The notes: generated from the sequence alone by a model not told the origin. Numbered from the whole stretch's first letter, positions 23,892 through 37,260 are shown. The stretch is DNA of 62,943 nt, filler included, from Folioceros fuciformis (GCA_049999805.1; 15 parts of 15 records of this genome joined end to end with filler, not necessarily neighbours in it); one strand, 5' to 3'. Numbers and translations are program-made.

Positions 23892-25747
23892 CTAGACATG
23901 GTCAGGGCCATATGATGGGATGTTACTAGGCATAGAACCCTAGACATGGTCAAGGCCATATGATGGGATGTTACTAGGCATAGAACCCTAGACATGGTCA
24001 GGGCCATATGATGGGATGTTACTAGGCATAGAACTCTAGACATGGTCAGGGCCATATGACGAGGAAATCTTTGGACCTTCCACTCCTTTGGTAGGTTTGA
24101 CAACCTCATGAAACACAACATCTCGACTGAAAAATATCTTCTTTGTGGTAAGATTATGTAACCGATACCCTTTAAACTCATTTGAGAACCAAACATAAGG
24201 CATTTTATGCTTGTTGGATCCCACTTTGTGATAAGATTAAGTAACCGATACCCTTTAAACTCATTTGAGAACCAAACATAAGGCATTTTATGCTTGTTGG
24301 ATTCCACTTGGTTCAGTTGGCCTTCGGAACACGAGCATAAACCGTAGAACCAAATATCTGGTTGGCCTTCAGAACACGAGCATAAATCGTAGAACCAAAT
24401 ATTCGTAAAATGACTGATCTTAAGCTTGATGCCAAACCACGCTTTCTCTCAAGTCATGTATGGTACGGCCAAAAACTTTGTTTAACAAATTGGTGGCTGT
24501 CATAACAACTTCTCCCCAAAAACGTATAGGCAAGGCACTATGATGGAGCATGCACCTAGTGGCTTCAATGAGGCTCCGTATTTTGCGCTATGCCACTTTG
24601 TTGAGGAGTGTGTGGAATCGTGAGTTGTTGGATAATCCCATTCGCTTTACAAAAATTCTGGAAAAGAGAAGATATAGATTCGCCTCCATTGTTACTACGA
24701 AGTACTTTAAGTTGATTGCCACATTCGTTCTCGACCAAAGCCTTCCACTCCTTAAAGGTCGTAAATAGCTGAGATGTCTTCTTCAAGAGGTAAGTCCATA
24801 CCTCTCATGCGAAGTCATCGACAAAGATGAGAATATAGCAGGACCTTGGGTTTAGGGCACCTCTGGCACCCCCTAGGGAAGGGTTCTTCATGGGCCCGCA
24901 CACATCAGTGTGCACTAGCTCTAGCACCTTTTGCGCCCGATGTGTTGCAAGCTTAGGGAACTTCGTCCAATGTAGTTTTCCCATGACACAACCGTGGCAT
25001 AACTGGGTCTCAACAATCTCTGTCAAATCCAGTCCTATCACCATGTGGCTCCTCTGCATCAATTTGAGTTTGTCCACTCCAATGTGTCCCACATGTTGAT
25101 TCCATAGATCAAAGGAATCAATGCAATCATGTGAGCTAGTTAGAAACATACAATAGGGCTTGTGCACAGAGGCACATAATTTGTACAGATTCCCACACAA
25201 ACACCATGTGCAAGAATAGAGGTGTGTGATGGCTCAGGCTGTACATTTTGGATGCGATAGCCGGTAGAATGAAACACGACCTCATGACTTGCATCTACAA
25301 TTTTTGCAACAGAAAGAAGAATCTGTGTGAAATTAGATACATAATGCACATCCGAAATACGTGCGGAGGTTCCGCCCTGCAATTCGACTTGTAAATCACC
25401 TTTTCCCTTAATGTCTTGTGACGTATTGTCACCAAGTGCCATAGTCTGGCTTGCTATTAGTTGTGTATAGCTTGTGAACCAAGGAAGCTCATGGCTGAAA
25501 TGTTGGTATGCACTGAAGTCAAGATAAAGACTCTCATCCTTACATGATGAAGGGACTTGATCCCTATGACTGAAGCACACATATGCTTATTCATGTGGGG
25601 TTCTTGTCGCTTACTTAATTGGCTTGAGATGGTTTCTCCTTCTTTACGTTTGCTAACCTGGTTTTAAATTCCATGATGACATGGCTTCCTGCAATAATAG
25701 CAAGATCCTTTCACCTTTTGTTTTGTGCCTATATCCTGTGTCCCTTC
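23892..25747 (-). mobile_element. Decayed Ty1/Copia gag-pol (protease, GAG-pre-integrase, integrase)
   Basis: YLDFSAYQH, LWNQHVGHIG, CHGCVMGK, LELVHTDVCGPM, LRSNNGGE, PHTPQQSG and KGYRL. Frameshifts and internal duplications are present. Confidence 0.9.
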
Positions 25748-25847
25748 NNNNNNNNNNNNNNNNNNNNNNNNNNNNNNNNNNNNNNNNNNNNTTAATTAAT
25801 TAANNNNNNNNNNNNNNNNNNNNNNNNNNNNNNNNNNNNNNNNNNNN

Positions 25848-27741
25848 TGATTATTGGGAAGAAGCAGTGATAATAGCAGTGTATGTACTGAATCGAACTC
25901 CTACGGAAGGAATTCATGATACTACACCAATTGAGAGACTGTATGGCTATAAGCCGGATATTAGGCTCTTGAAAGTGTTTAGGTGCATTGCATATGTGAA
26001 TGTACCTGATGAGAAGCGTAGGAAGCTGGATCCTAAAGCAGTGAAGAGTGTTTTTCTGGGGTATGCACGAAATAGGAAGGCATATAAGTGTTATGTGCCA
26101 TCCACACATGAGATCCTGATGAGCAGGGATGTGGTATTTGATGAGTTAGCCTCCTGGTATAGCAACTCAATTGCACTATCCTATGACAAACCCACAGGGG
26201 AGAGTACTGTTAAGAGTACTGTTAAGAGTACTCCAACAAAGAGTAAGGATGTGACCAATGGTGGATCACCAATAATGAATCCATGGTCTGGAAGACTGCG
26301 GAATGGTAAACCCAAGACCACTGACCCATACATGTCAGTGAGGGGGAGAGTAGAAAGCAGCAAAACTGGAAATGAGTGATATGAATCCTCAAGTAGTGAG
26401 AGCATTGACAGTGAGTTTGGCATTTCGTCTGTAGAAACGCCAGGTGCTAAGGAGTAATGATATGCAAGGCAGGTTCAAACTGAACCAAGACCAAGGAGAT
26501 CTGAGAGGGTTAGGAAACCCATTGACAGGTACACCTATACAAGCTACAATGCGCAACATTATGAGTATATAACAAGGGTCACAGCTTGTAAGGAGCCAAC
26601 CAAGTTTGTTGAGGCAGTGATAGATGATAAGTGGTGTCAAGCCATGGATGAAGAATACTCAGCATTAGTTGAAAACGGAACGTGGGATTTGGTTCAATTG
26701 CCTGATGGCAAGGTTCCTATTGGTTCTAAGTGGGTGTACAAGCTGAAGTTCAAGTCAGATGGAACGCTGGAGCGTTACAAGGCCAGGTTGGTTGCAAAGG
26801 GATATGCACAAAAGTATGGTCTTGATTATGAGAAAACCTTTAGTCCAGTAGCCAAGATGACAACTGTAAGGACAGTCACAGCATTAGCAGCAGCTAAATG
26901 ATGGAAGTTATGGCAAATGGATGTCAAGAATGCTTTCTTGAATGGTGAGTTGCAGGAGGAAGTGTGCGTAGAATAGCCTGAAGGCTATGTTCATCCTAAG
27001 TTTCCAACGTACGTATGCAAACTGAAGAAGGCATTGTATGGACTCAAACAGGCACCTAGAGCATGAAATGCTCGTATCACAAGCTATTTGAAGGAGCGAG
27101 GGTTTGAGATTGGAGACGCAGATCACAATCTGTTTGTAAAACAGACCAAGGTAGGACAAGTGTGTCTTGTCATTTATGTTGACGACTTGATTATCACAGG
27201 AGATGATGCAAATGGTATTGCAGATGTCAAGGCGAATTTGCAAAAAGAGTTCAAGGTGAAGGATCTTGGTGAACTCAAATACTTCTTAGGAATTGAGGTT
27301 GTGTCTACACCTTAAGGAATTTGGCTATTGCAAAAACAATATGCTAAGGATATGCTGCAGAAGTATGGCATAGCATATTGCAAAGCAATGGATACACCAT
27401 TGGAGCAGAACATCAAGCTGCAAATGGATGTAGAAGCTGAGCTGGAAAATGTGACCATGTATCGCCAGATGGTCGGAAGTTTGATCTACTTGACTATCAC
27501 ATGTCCTGACTTAAGTTATGCAGTAGGACTGATTAGTCAATTCATGTAGAACCCAAGGAAACCGCACTTGGATGCAATTAGAAGAATCATGAGATATGTG
27601 AAAGGAACTACTGAGTTTGGATTGCTCTATGAGCATAGGAAGCATCTTGAACTGACAGGATATACAAATGCTGATTAGGCTGGTTGTGCTTATGACAGAA
27701 GATCAACCAATGGATATGCATTCAGTCTGGGAAGTAGTATA
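25848..27741 (+). mobile_element. Decayed Ty1/Copia pol (integrase C-terminus, RT, RNase H start)
   Basis: YVLNRTPT, KLDPKA, KWVYKLK..YKARLVAKGY, QMDVKNAFL and IYVDDLII, with multiple in-frame stops. Confidence 0.92.
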
Positions 27742-27900
27742 TGTAGGGTTACTAAAGCTCAATGTGATTAGACTAATGTGTTTAGTCTAAGAATAGTGTC
27801 TAGTTAAGTATCATTAGTTTAGATTAGCTTAAGCTAATGTGTAGGAAGCTTCTTGCGCAACTTCCTGTGCGCTTCTTGTGAAGCTTCATAGGGAGCTCTT
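27742..27900 (+). mobile_element. Family C LTR 5' end inserted into Copia RNase H
   Basis: TGTAGGG start, homologous to 13052. Confidence 0.85.
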
Positions 27901-28000
27901 NNNNNNNNNNNNNNNNNNNNNNNNNNNNNNNNNNNNNNNNNNNNTTAATTAATTAANNNNNNNNNNNNNNNNNNNNNNNNNNNNNNNNNNNNNNNNNNNN

Positions 28001-28256
28001 GGAGTGAGTTTGTGGGCACCGAGAGAGGTGCAGCTGACCGCCGGACAGCGAGGCCTGTCCTACGCCTGATCGGAGCTGGAGGGGAGCCCTCGAATCCATC
28101 ATCGAGTTCATCAAGTCCGACCCTCCATCCACAGCAGCAAGGAACCCCATCGCTCCTTCGTGGGAACGAAACCCAATGTCTCAACGACAGTGGGATAAGT
28201 GTGGCCACTAAAGGTGGGACCCGTCGGCAATCAGTGCCCGGGGTTTTGCCTCCACA
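28001..28256 (+). mobile_element. Family B LTR 3' end
   Basis: Ends ...CTCCACA. Reverse-complement copy at 45925-46180. Confidence 0.75.
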
Positions 28257-28257
28257 G

Positions 28258-28432
28258 TTGGATTGATCAAAGACTCATAGGGTGATAGACCACTAATGTT
28301 GAATTAATCAAAGACTCATATGGATAAAGGACCACTAATGTTTGATTGATCAAAGACTCATATGGGTGATGAACTAATAGTGTTTGATTGATCAAAGACT
28401 TGAAATGGGTGATGGACCACCAGTGCTTGATT
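28258..28432. repeat. 41-43-bp tandem repeat, about 4 copies
   Basis: TTGATTGATCAAAGACTCATA...GACCACTAATG units. Confidence 0.85.
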
Positions 28433-29715
28433 GCTGGCAGGATTGCTCACAATGAGCTATTGATAAAGTTACACTATTTTTATTTTTAAGATGAATATGA
28501 ATGCAAATACACAATTACTCTCATGTGAGATTAGGTGGCAATAAAATGGGTTAGGAAGCGATCCCGAACATTGACATAGTAATAAGTTGTTGAACCTCAA
28601 TATTTTAACTATTTCTCATGTTCAATTTAAAGTTGCATTGAGTTGAAGCCATCAAACGTAAGCTCTTTTGCTCTATAATCTTGCTTTGTTTGCCTATAGG
28701 GCATATTAGGCTTTGGAAATACAACCTCCTCACTTTTAATTTGCATGGCACTAAGCCAAGCTAATAAAACTTCTTGTGCCATATTGTCACACATTGCCCT
28801 TCCATGGTGCACATTTGTCTTTGTATCTAGGACCTTGGTACTATGTGACATGGCTCTTGGTTGTTGGTTGCATCCACTTCCTTGAATATTAGTCATTTTG
28901 CTTTTCTCTAGGAAAGAGAGGTCTAAAATTCTTTTCCGGACTGAATCAATATCTATTAGCCCCAAAAATAACCACCGGAGAGGTACTCCGCTGGTCCGCT
29001 GGACTCGTTTCCACAGTAGACGGGATATTTGTTCTTTAGAAAATAAAGGTTATTTTGGCAAACCCGAGTGCCTTGGAGTAGAAGACATGCCAGACCTCTG
29101 AGCGGCCACTTGGCGAGCCGATTGACACCGAGCACAATCCGTTTGGATCCGGCACACATGTCATCATGCAAAAGAGCGGGCGTAACCATTTCCGGACTGT
29201 TGTAGGTGTACCGGCGATGGCTAGTGCTAACTTCTACGCTAGTGAACGCCGCCCTTTACACTCCAATGCCTTCCCTCCCTCTTGCCACTCCGCCTAACCC
29301 TCATTTCGACACCTTGACTCTCCTTTGTCTTCTCACTTTCTTCACCTTTGCCTACTTCCCTCCCATGACAACAAATAGACCTTTGGCTACCCCGATGTGC
29401 TTCTGGTTGCAAGCCCCTCCCCCTCAATCTCCTCCCTGAGAGTTTTCCCCGTATACCTCGTGGCACCAGAGCAATTCCTTAAGGTTGGCAACGTTTGACG
29501 GATCAACGAAGATCAAATCCAGACGTTCGCCTACCCAAATTTCGCACCTTAGAGCACCCAAATTTGGGCGCTCCAATATGTTCAGATGATGCAGGAGGTC
29601 TATCAGAGTCCAATGGAGTAGCGTGGAGGACTCTACTTTAATTCCCAATGGAATAAGGCGTTGGTGAAGGAGGTTGTCATAGCTCTTCTAATGGACGGCT
29701 CTTTCAAGACCACCA

Positions 29716-29880
29716 TGTAGGGATATTAAAGCCCAATGTGCTTAGACTAATGTGTTTAGTCTAAGATTAGTATCTAGTTAGGTGTCATTTGTTTAGATTA
29801 GCTTAAGCTAATCTTTAAGAAGCTTCTTGCGCAGCTTCCTATGAGCTTCTTGTGAAGCTTCCTTGGGAGCTCTTCTAGAG
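29716..29880 (+). mobile_element. Family C LTR 5' end
   Basis: TGTAGGG start, homologous to 13052 and 27742. Confidence 0.85.
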
Positions 29881-31844
29881 NNNNNNNNNNNNNNNNNNNN
29901 NNNNNNNNNNNNNNNNNNNNNNNNTTAATTAATTAANNNNNNNNNNNNNNNNNNNNNNNNNNNNNNNNNNNNNNNNNNNNAGTCACAATATGATTTTATC
30001 ATAATGCAAGACAACAAGGTGATCTAAGAATACTATTCTAGTATAACATTTCAAATGTGACACACTTTATACAATTACCTCATATACAAGCTTACAATGG
30101 TGCACCAAGGTAACAAAAATAGTCTACTAGTATATTATTCCATAAAGTATTCCATCATGTTGATCTTATAGTGCAAATGTGCATGAAACTTAGATAGGAT
30201 GTATGGTTGACTAAAACAATCTACTTTATGTGTGCTCCTCTCAAAATTTGTAGGGATAAGCATGTAGAATATTTTTCAAGTTCTTCATCCATTCATTTCT
30301 CCCCTCTCATTTTTCGAGTTAAGAACAGCAGGCGAGCCCAAGCGTGTTGCCTACTTCTCAAGCAATTCTACACCCTCAAGTACATGGTATGTTCCCACAC
30401 TATATCTCCCTTTCGATCTCTTGTTGTCTTGGAACATCTAGCAATGGGTCTCACTTTTCTCTCCTAACAATTTCCCCACAATATTTTGGACCCACTTCCA
30501 CACCATGACATGTTCAATTGCTATTTTAGACATAAGCTAATAGAGAAAATTTTCTCACAACCTCCCTACATCAACAATAGACCTTTACACTGCTTGTTAT
30601 AGTTAACTTGCTCACATCTTGTAAACCCAAATCACGTTACCTAATAACAGGGAGTAAAGCAAGCACAAGATTCTTAAAAGGAAGGGGATAAAGAGTGGTA
30701 ATTGCTGTTTTTATTCATGTATTATGCCATAAAGTCATAATGTCAAAGCAACTACATGAAATGTTATCGATGAAGGAGACAACATAACAACATCAAGCAA
30801 TCTCAAACAACATTCACATTAAAGCATTAATTTTTTTTCCGCATATTGTTCCTTAGACGATTTGTTGTTGTCCATTGCCTTGTTCAAAGATTCTAACATA
30901 AGTCTCTCCCTATTTAACTCTTGTCTCAATGTTTGCACACTCCGCCTAACAATTTTTTTAATTACCATGTTATGCATGTGCACAATTTGGTTTGCAGGGC
31001 CAATGGGCTATGTGGTTTGTAGCCACACAAGTCCATGGTCGTTGTAGCAAATGTTTCCCATGCTCAATCTCGTGAGCACTAGTGCTGTTGTTGAGGGTTG
31101 TTAGACTTACCTTACTTCTACACATAGTGCGATGGGGCTCATTCCTACCTCTAATCCCCAAATCTGTTAGATGTGGTGAGCATAGTCATGGTGCTGGGTA
31201 TAGCGGGAAGGGCGAGTGACTCGCAAGGGACCCAAGTAAGTCTTGCCACCCTTAGACCATTAGCCGGTAGCATCAATCATACCAAGAAGTAGAGCAAAAA
31301 AACTGAGAGTGAGGCAATAGGATTAGGGGGATGAGGTATGTCAATAAGATTTTACAAAGGAGGCACACACACTATTCGGGGTGAAGGGGCTCCTCTTAAG
31401 GAGTCCCAAGGGCCTAGTGCTACTACTTGAAGTAATGGTGTCATCATGCCATAGAGCACTAATCTAAAAAAAATACAAAGGTTCAACTAGCTATCACTAA
31501 TCTATGGTTTCCTTCGCTAATCACGAGCATATCCTCCCATAGCTTTATCAGGACATGTCTAGAGGCTTGGGTCCCTTGACATTGTTGAAGGTGGGACCTT
31601 TTTCTACTTACAGTTGTTGGTGTTGTCTATCCTCGGCCACCCATCTCACTACCATGCAATAGCCCCTCACCTGACAGATTCTGTGGGGTTCTTGGAGGTT
31701 CTTCTGCTAGTGCAAGTGACTCCTCCAACTCAAGAGCGATAGGANNNNNNNNNNNNNNNNNNNNNNNNNNNNNNNNNNNNNNNNNNNNTTAATTAATTAA
31801 NNNNNNNNNNNNNNNNNNNNNNNNNNNNNNNNNNNNNNNNNNNN

Positions 31845-32481
31845 GCCTGGGAGGAGGAGGCGGGGGAGGAGGATAGTTGGCGTAGCTGGGAGGAGGGGGA
31901 GGTGGAGGGCTACTGTAGCCCTGAGGCGGCGGAGGGGGATAGTTGGGAGGCGGGTAGCCCGGAGGAGGAGGGTAGCTCGGAGGAGGATAGCTCGGATGAT
32001 ATCCCTGCGGCTGATATCCCTGCTGCGTGTAGCCGTGCTGCGGGTACCCCTGCTGCGGGTACCCGTGCTGAGGATACCCCTGTTGCGGATAGTAATTCGG
32101 CGGCGGATAATTCGGAGGCGGGTATCCCTGCGGTTGCTGCTGAGGAGGCTGCTGCTGCTGCTGTTGATGATGCTGAGGAGGAGGCTGCTGCTGCTGCTGT
32201 TGATGCTGCTGAGGAGGAGGCTGCTGCTGTGGCTGCTGAGACAGAGGCTGTTGAGGCGGGGGCTGCTGAGGCGGGGGCTGCTGCTGCTCCTGAGCCTGCT
32301 GCGGCTGTTGCTGACGCTGGTCGTCGTAAGATGAATATGGCGGCGGAGGATAGCTGTTGTCAGCAGCGGAGAAGAGGCGGCTGGAGGCCCTCAGGAGGCG
32401 GAATGAGTTCACCACATTCTTACTCAAACCTGCGAGGCCACCAGCCTTGGTAGCCATAGAAGGACCTGCAACTCGGAGCAT
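31845..32481 (-). CDS. 5' end of a gene: mitochondrial presequence-like N-terminus plus long Q/P/Y/G low-complexity region, truncated by the gap
   Basis: MLRVAG...SFRLLRASSRLFS (Arg/Ser/Leu-rich, no acidic residues), then poly-Q/P and GYPQ/YPPP repeats. The frame is open to the gap. Confidence 0.75.
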
Positions 32482-34403
32482 ACTGAGATGAGCTGCTTGC
32501 GCCGGCAGAGCAGGCGCGCATCGACAAATCGATCGCCCACTCGGTCTCTACTCAGCACCTCTCACGGAATGACCCAATGCCACTCTGGAATGCACGCAAA
32601 GACAAACCGCAGGGTTTAGGGTTTTCGAGGCTGCGCCGTGATTTCACTCAGAACACCCAAACTGCACGACCCTAACGTTAAGCATACCATCTAGCTTCGA
32701 TTCCTGTATTCAGGGGGGTCCGAAAGCGTTGTGCACTTTCTGGATCTTCAATCCTCCACAACGTATGCGAGACTTTGACAAGTTTGAAGGAAACACGATC
32801 TCGTCAGCGACGATCTAACCACGACGCGAACGACATTTACAGCCATACTTGAACAAAGTACGACAGTGAGCAGCTAATTGGCCCCGAGCATCATACAAAG
32901 ATCGGTCGAGCAAAACAACCACGTGGTTTCAGGGTTTACAGTCACAGCTGAATCTCTTGAGACGTCTGTCAAGCATAGGAAACACGGTCTGATTTGCAAT
33001 GTTCCAAGCATGACAAGCCGGGACATTAGTGCCGTCCAACAGACATACTTCAACCAGAATGTGAAGACAAAGAGATACTGGACATCAACCATTACAGCTG
33101 GTCGATCAAACAAAGCGACCAGGTGTTTTCCAGAGATCGCAGCTGGCGGGTGCGGCCACTGGCAGTACGTCAAGCTGCTTGTCAAACGGTAAAGCTATGG
33201 ACCATTCTGACAGATTGTTCTGTCCGTGCTTGCAGCTTTCTCACAGGAATTTCATGTACTTCAACAAAAGCGAGGACGCCCGAGTCTGGGAGAGCGGAAG
33301 CATTTCAGCGGAGAAGGTGGATCCCTCAATCACAAGGGTGAAGAAAAATATATCGGTTTTCCTGTGCGTTTTATTTTGATAATAGCAAACAAATTTGAAC
33401 ATAAGCAATTGAACAATTAAACCCTAAACCCACTCCAAGATGAGGTTCACTGCTAGTTTTTGGTAGGCTGATAGGCTGGATGTGCAAACCCATCTTCCTC
33501 TCCCATTTCTGGTGGGTCTCCGAGTAGAACAACACCGCTCCAAAAATTCAAAATCTAGGGTTGCCGACCCATATTGCAACCCTAACTTTAAAATATATAT
33601 TGCCCTATGTTAACACCTACTATTATAAGAGACTTTGTAGTTCACATTTTAGTATTATATTATTTTGGTGTACTTTTCTTAGTCTGAGTTTGTGGTTCAT
33701 ATTTTAGTACTATATTGGTATATTGTTCGGAGCATATGTGGAGTAGATCTTTACATTTCTTGGGTCTTTATGCTCTCTCTTGGCTCTGTCCTCTATTATT
33801 AATGTATCTTGTGTTCTATTATTGTGGAATAGTATTCTCCCTCTTTCCTCTGTAGTGCTTTCTTTGGACAACGTGTATTCATTATTTTGCAATGAGCATT
33901 GGCCAATGCAGTTTTTAGTGGCCAATGCAGTTTTTAAAACAGTAATAAGTGCAGGTCAACCGGCTTCTTGGCACCGGTGGTAAGTAGACCTTTTGTTATT
34001 CCACATCATGACATTTTGGGAGCAGTAGGTAGTTTTTGAAAATGATATTCGCAGGGGAGAGTACTTCTTTTTGCCTTTGGCCCTATTGGGGTTGTTCCTC
34101 CAATCTTAGGGTAGATGGGACTTTCCATCTTTTTTTCAATCATAGAAAATACTACCCATTCTATTATTGTCACCTCTCTATGAATTTCTTGTTGTGATCT
34201 AAGGTATAAAGATTTTAGTGTGATCCTAGCCTATTCATGTCAATCTTCTTACTCTCCCATGTACTATAGTGAGTACACACAACATAAGGTAGTTGTAATT
34301 GGTTTATTTCAGAGAACGAGTAAAACGCTGAAGAATAAATAAAAGGTTTCCGTATATTTGGCATCCTTCAACATTACTTTCAACTACAAACATAGAGTTA
34401 ACG

Positions 34404-35468
34404 ATGAATAAGTTTGTACTTCAGCAAACGTTGGGGGTTGGGAGGTTTGGCGCTGTGATTGCCGCAAAACATATTGACACTGGTGACTTGGTGGCGATCA
34501 AGATGTTGGATAAAGAGATGCTTACTAAAGGTAGGCGTTTAGAGTTTCTTCAATGCGAGATTTGTATCATGGCACAATTAAAGCATCCCAACATTGTGAA
34601 GTTGTTGGAGGTGATTGAGACACAAAACCATTTTTGTTTGGTAATGGAGCTTCTTCCGAAGGGCAAATTGTTTGATAAAGTACGGAAAAATTTGTTTGAA
34701 AATCAAGCAAGGAGATATTTTCAACAACTCATTAGTGCAGTACATTCATGCCATAAGAGAGGTGTTTATCATAGGGATATCAAGTTGAGCAACATACTAT
34801 TGGACAACAAAGACAATGTGAAACTAGCGGGTTTCGGCTTAAGTGGTATGTTAGAGAATGTAAAGGAAGACGGGTTGCTTCACACGTTTTGTGGATCAAT
34901 GGCATACCTTGCTCCAGAAGTGTTGAATTACGGACCATATGATGGAGCAACTGCAGACCTTTGGTCATGCGGTGTGGTCCTTTACACGCTACTGGTTGGA
35001 AAATTCCCATTTCGTGGAGCAAATGATTTGCTAACATACATGAAGATACAAGGTCTTATCTATGACATCCCCGATGGATTGTCGCCAAGAGCCATAAACA
35101 TGATTTAAAGCTTACTAGTCTTAGACCCTAAGAAGAGAATCACTCCAGCTCAAATTTTTGAAGATAAGTAGTTTAAGCAAGAATATGTTACTTTCGAGTA
35201 CGACGAGCCAACAGAACATGTGAGTATCACACTATTTAACTTCCATGAGGCTCCGTTCTTTCAAGCTAGCCTTTCAGAACAAACAACCATACTACAACAT
35301 GACATGCCTGAAATTGAGGTAAACTCCCGCTCTAAGCTTCTCAATTCTATTCCGTCATCCACTTTTCAACAATCTGTGAAAAAATGTCGAGCAACTGTCA
35401 AAGAGTTTGGTCTCACTGCTAAGAGAAAAGTGCAAAAGATGTGCAAGCGTGTGTGTCAATGCTTCTAG
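34404..35468 (+). pseudogene. Intronless CIPK/SnRK-like Ser/Thr kinase pseudogene
   Basis: GVGRFG, VAIK, HRDIKLSN, GFG in place of DFG, DGLLHTFCGS..YLAPE and YDGATADLWSCG. In-frame stops at 35106 and 35169 fall inside subdomain XI (MI*SLLVLDPKKRIT..DK*FK). Confidence 0.85.
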
Positions 35469-36132
35469 GAGACTTGACGATTTTATTTCAAGTGCAAGCT
35501 TGCCTTACAAGCATGTGTTTCCATATCATATATATGAGTCATCTAAACCATTTTAACAAATTTAAGGAGGTCTTGCTTTACCTACTCAACATTCAGGCTC
35601 ATCCACAACACACTTCACTTGCCCAGGTTTGTTGTTCATCACCATCAAAATATCACGTAGCTTGCATTCATCTTATGCGAAGGACTTTTGACTAGGATTG
35701 AAGGAAAGGATGTATGCAAAACAACATATGGGGAGAAAAGGAGTTTCTCTACTCAGAAGGGATTTCAATGAACATCATAATTCCAATTATTTTCAATATT
35801 TTCCTATTATGTTGTGGCTTTTTGTAGGCCTCGGATTATATCTTGCACCGAGTTGGATAAAAAAATTTCACTCCCATATGGATATGACTGGTTGCAAATA
35901 CTATACATGGTGCAAACATTTAGGATTAACATATATAGATAGATCTGGAGCTTCCAATTTACGATAATCTTAGCATGTTATATTTTTTTAGCAAAAAATT
36001 ATGTTTTGTTTTACGTTAGCTTTTATTGCATGGCACGCACAAATTTGTGCCCTAATTGTTTTTAATACCTAAAATTGAGGTTCTTTATAAGTGCACGAGT
36101 GATATGAAGAACATTGGTAACATAAATTTCAA

Positions 36133-36206
36133 CGACCACAATGGGATTCGAACCCACGACCTTTGGATCCGAAGTCCAACGCGCTAATCCACTGCGCTAT
36201 GCGGTC
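36133..36206 (-). tRNA. tRNA-Arg-TCG: tRNA-Arg, anticodon TCG
   Basis: GACCGCATAGCGCAGTGGATTAGCGCGTTGGACTTCGGATCCAAAGGTCGTGGGTTCGAATCCCATTGTGGTCG folds as a cloverleaf with A and B boxes. Upstream CAA and TA-rich element. Confidence 0.96.
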
Positions 36207-36950
36207 AACTTTGCACAATCTGTTATCTACATAGTATAGATTTTTAATCTTTAAATGAGGTTTCCTAGATTCCATATGTCGGTGTCCAGGGAGGGTCCGA
36301 TTGGAGGCACATGGTGGGAGCTAACCGACCATGGGCTGACCAGCTTAACAGCGGCCAGATCTGAGGACACATTTAGAAATAGGTATGTACAGTACTTCAC
36401 GGGAACCCGGGAGAGACTCTATGGAGGCAGGCAACATCGACCAGGAGCAGCCAACATTGACAGTCCTGCTTCAAGCACGACAACATCCACAGACGCACGA
36501 CCCTCACACACTGTATGTACAGTGCATGCTGGCACCAGACGCACAGTTCAGCCCGGCCACAAACCGGATCCTGCCATAGTTTGGAGTCCTGCAGCATCGT
36601 CGGAAACGGCACGGACTCCCAATCTGGAATGCCTCTCTCCGAACAGAAACAGGGGAATTGGGAAGCGTGCGCAAGCCTTATCTTCTCTTCTCAGTCCCAC
36701 ACACCGCTGCCCGGAACCCGGGTGTCTCGGAGTCGGGAGACACAACACGACATGACACCTCACTGGTGCAGAGCATCGGACAAGACGACGGCCTGTGACT
36801 GGTGCATCAGCCCGCTTCCCCGCCCGCCAATCCCGTTCCCCACTTCCCCTTCGCTAAGGGGATAGAACCTAAGTGGCCGCTTTCCCCTTCGAGCCTGAAG
36901 CCGTGCCTCCCCCTCATTGGCCGCTTGCGTCCTCTTGCGCACGTCTCCTG

Positions 36951-37027
36951 CAATCAGTCAGCCACCAGCGCAATCAATCAGCCACCAGTGCAGTCAATCA
37001 GCCACCAGTGCAGTCAATCAGCCACCA
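36951..37027. repeat. 20-bp tandem repeat, about 4 copies
   Basis: CAGTCAATCAGCCACCAGTG and variants. Confidence 0.85.
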
Positions 37028-37260
37028 AATTCACGCTCCTCCGCCTTGTGACGCCCTACCCATGTCGCGTCCTCCACTGGTCTCCAACTAAACGCTCGCT
37101 AAACCCTAGAATAATGAAACGTGACGTCTCTCCTCTCCCCGTCCCTTTTCCCCGGTGAGGGTGCAAGTTCGCTCGGGGCGGGCCAACCGCTGTGGTGTGA
37201 TTCTGATGGTCTTCCTTTCTGGTGACGCGATCGCTTTTGACGCTTTCTGCGCACGGCTGC

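Noticed and set aside
28258-28432. CRISPR-like array (palindromic TTTGAT-TG-ATCAAA core with variable spacers)
   Set aside because: The spacers are homologous to each other, there are no cas genes, and the context is eukaryotic. It is an ordinary minisatellite.
29981-31744. Coding potential in this contig
   Set aside because: Only short ORFs with no recognisable motifs. Probably old TE debris.
31902-32453. Plus-strand Ala/Glu-rich and Leu/Arg-rich ORFs
   Set aside because: Antisense shadows of the CAG/CCN low-complexity minus-strand gene.
35106-35171. Stop-codon repair of the kinase by U-to-C editing or readthrough
   Set aside because: The locus is nuclear, the TAG replaces a conserved Trp (TGG) that such editing cannot restore, and DFG is also mutated.
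37095-37260. Telomerase RNA (CTAAACCCT template-like)
   Set aside because: No USE/TATA type-3 Pol III promoter or conserved plant TR blocks were seen. A telo-box is the simpler explanation.
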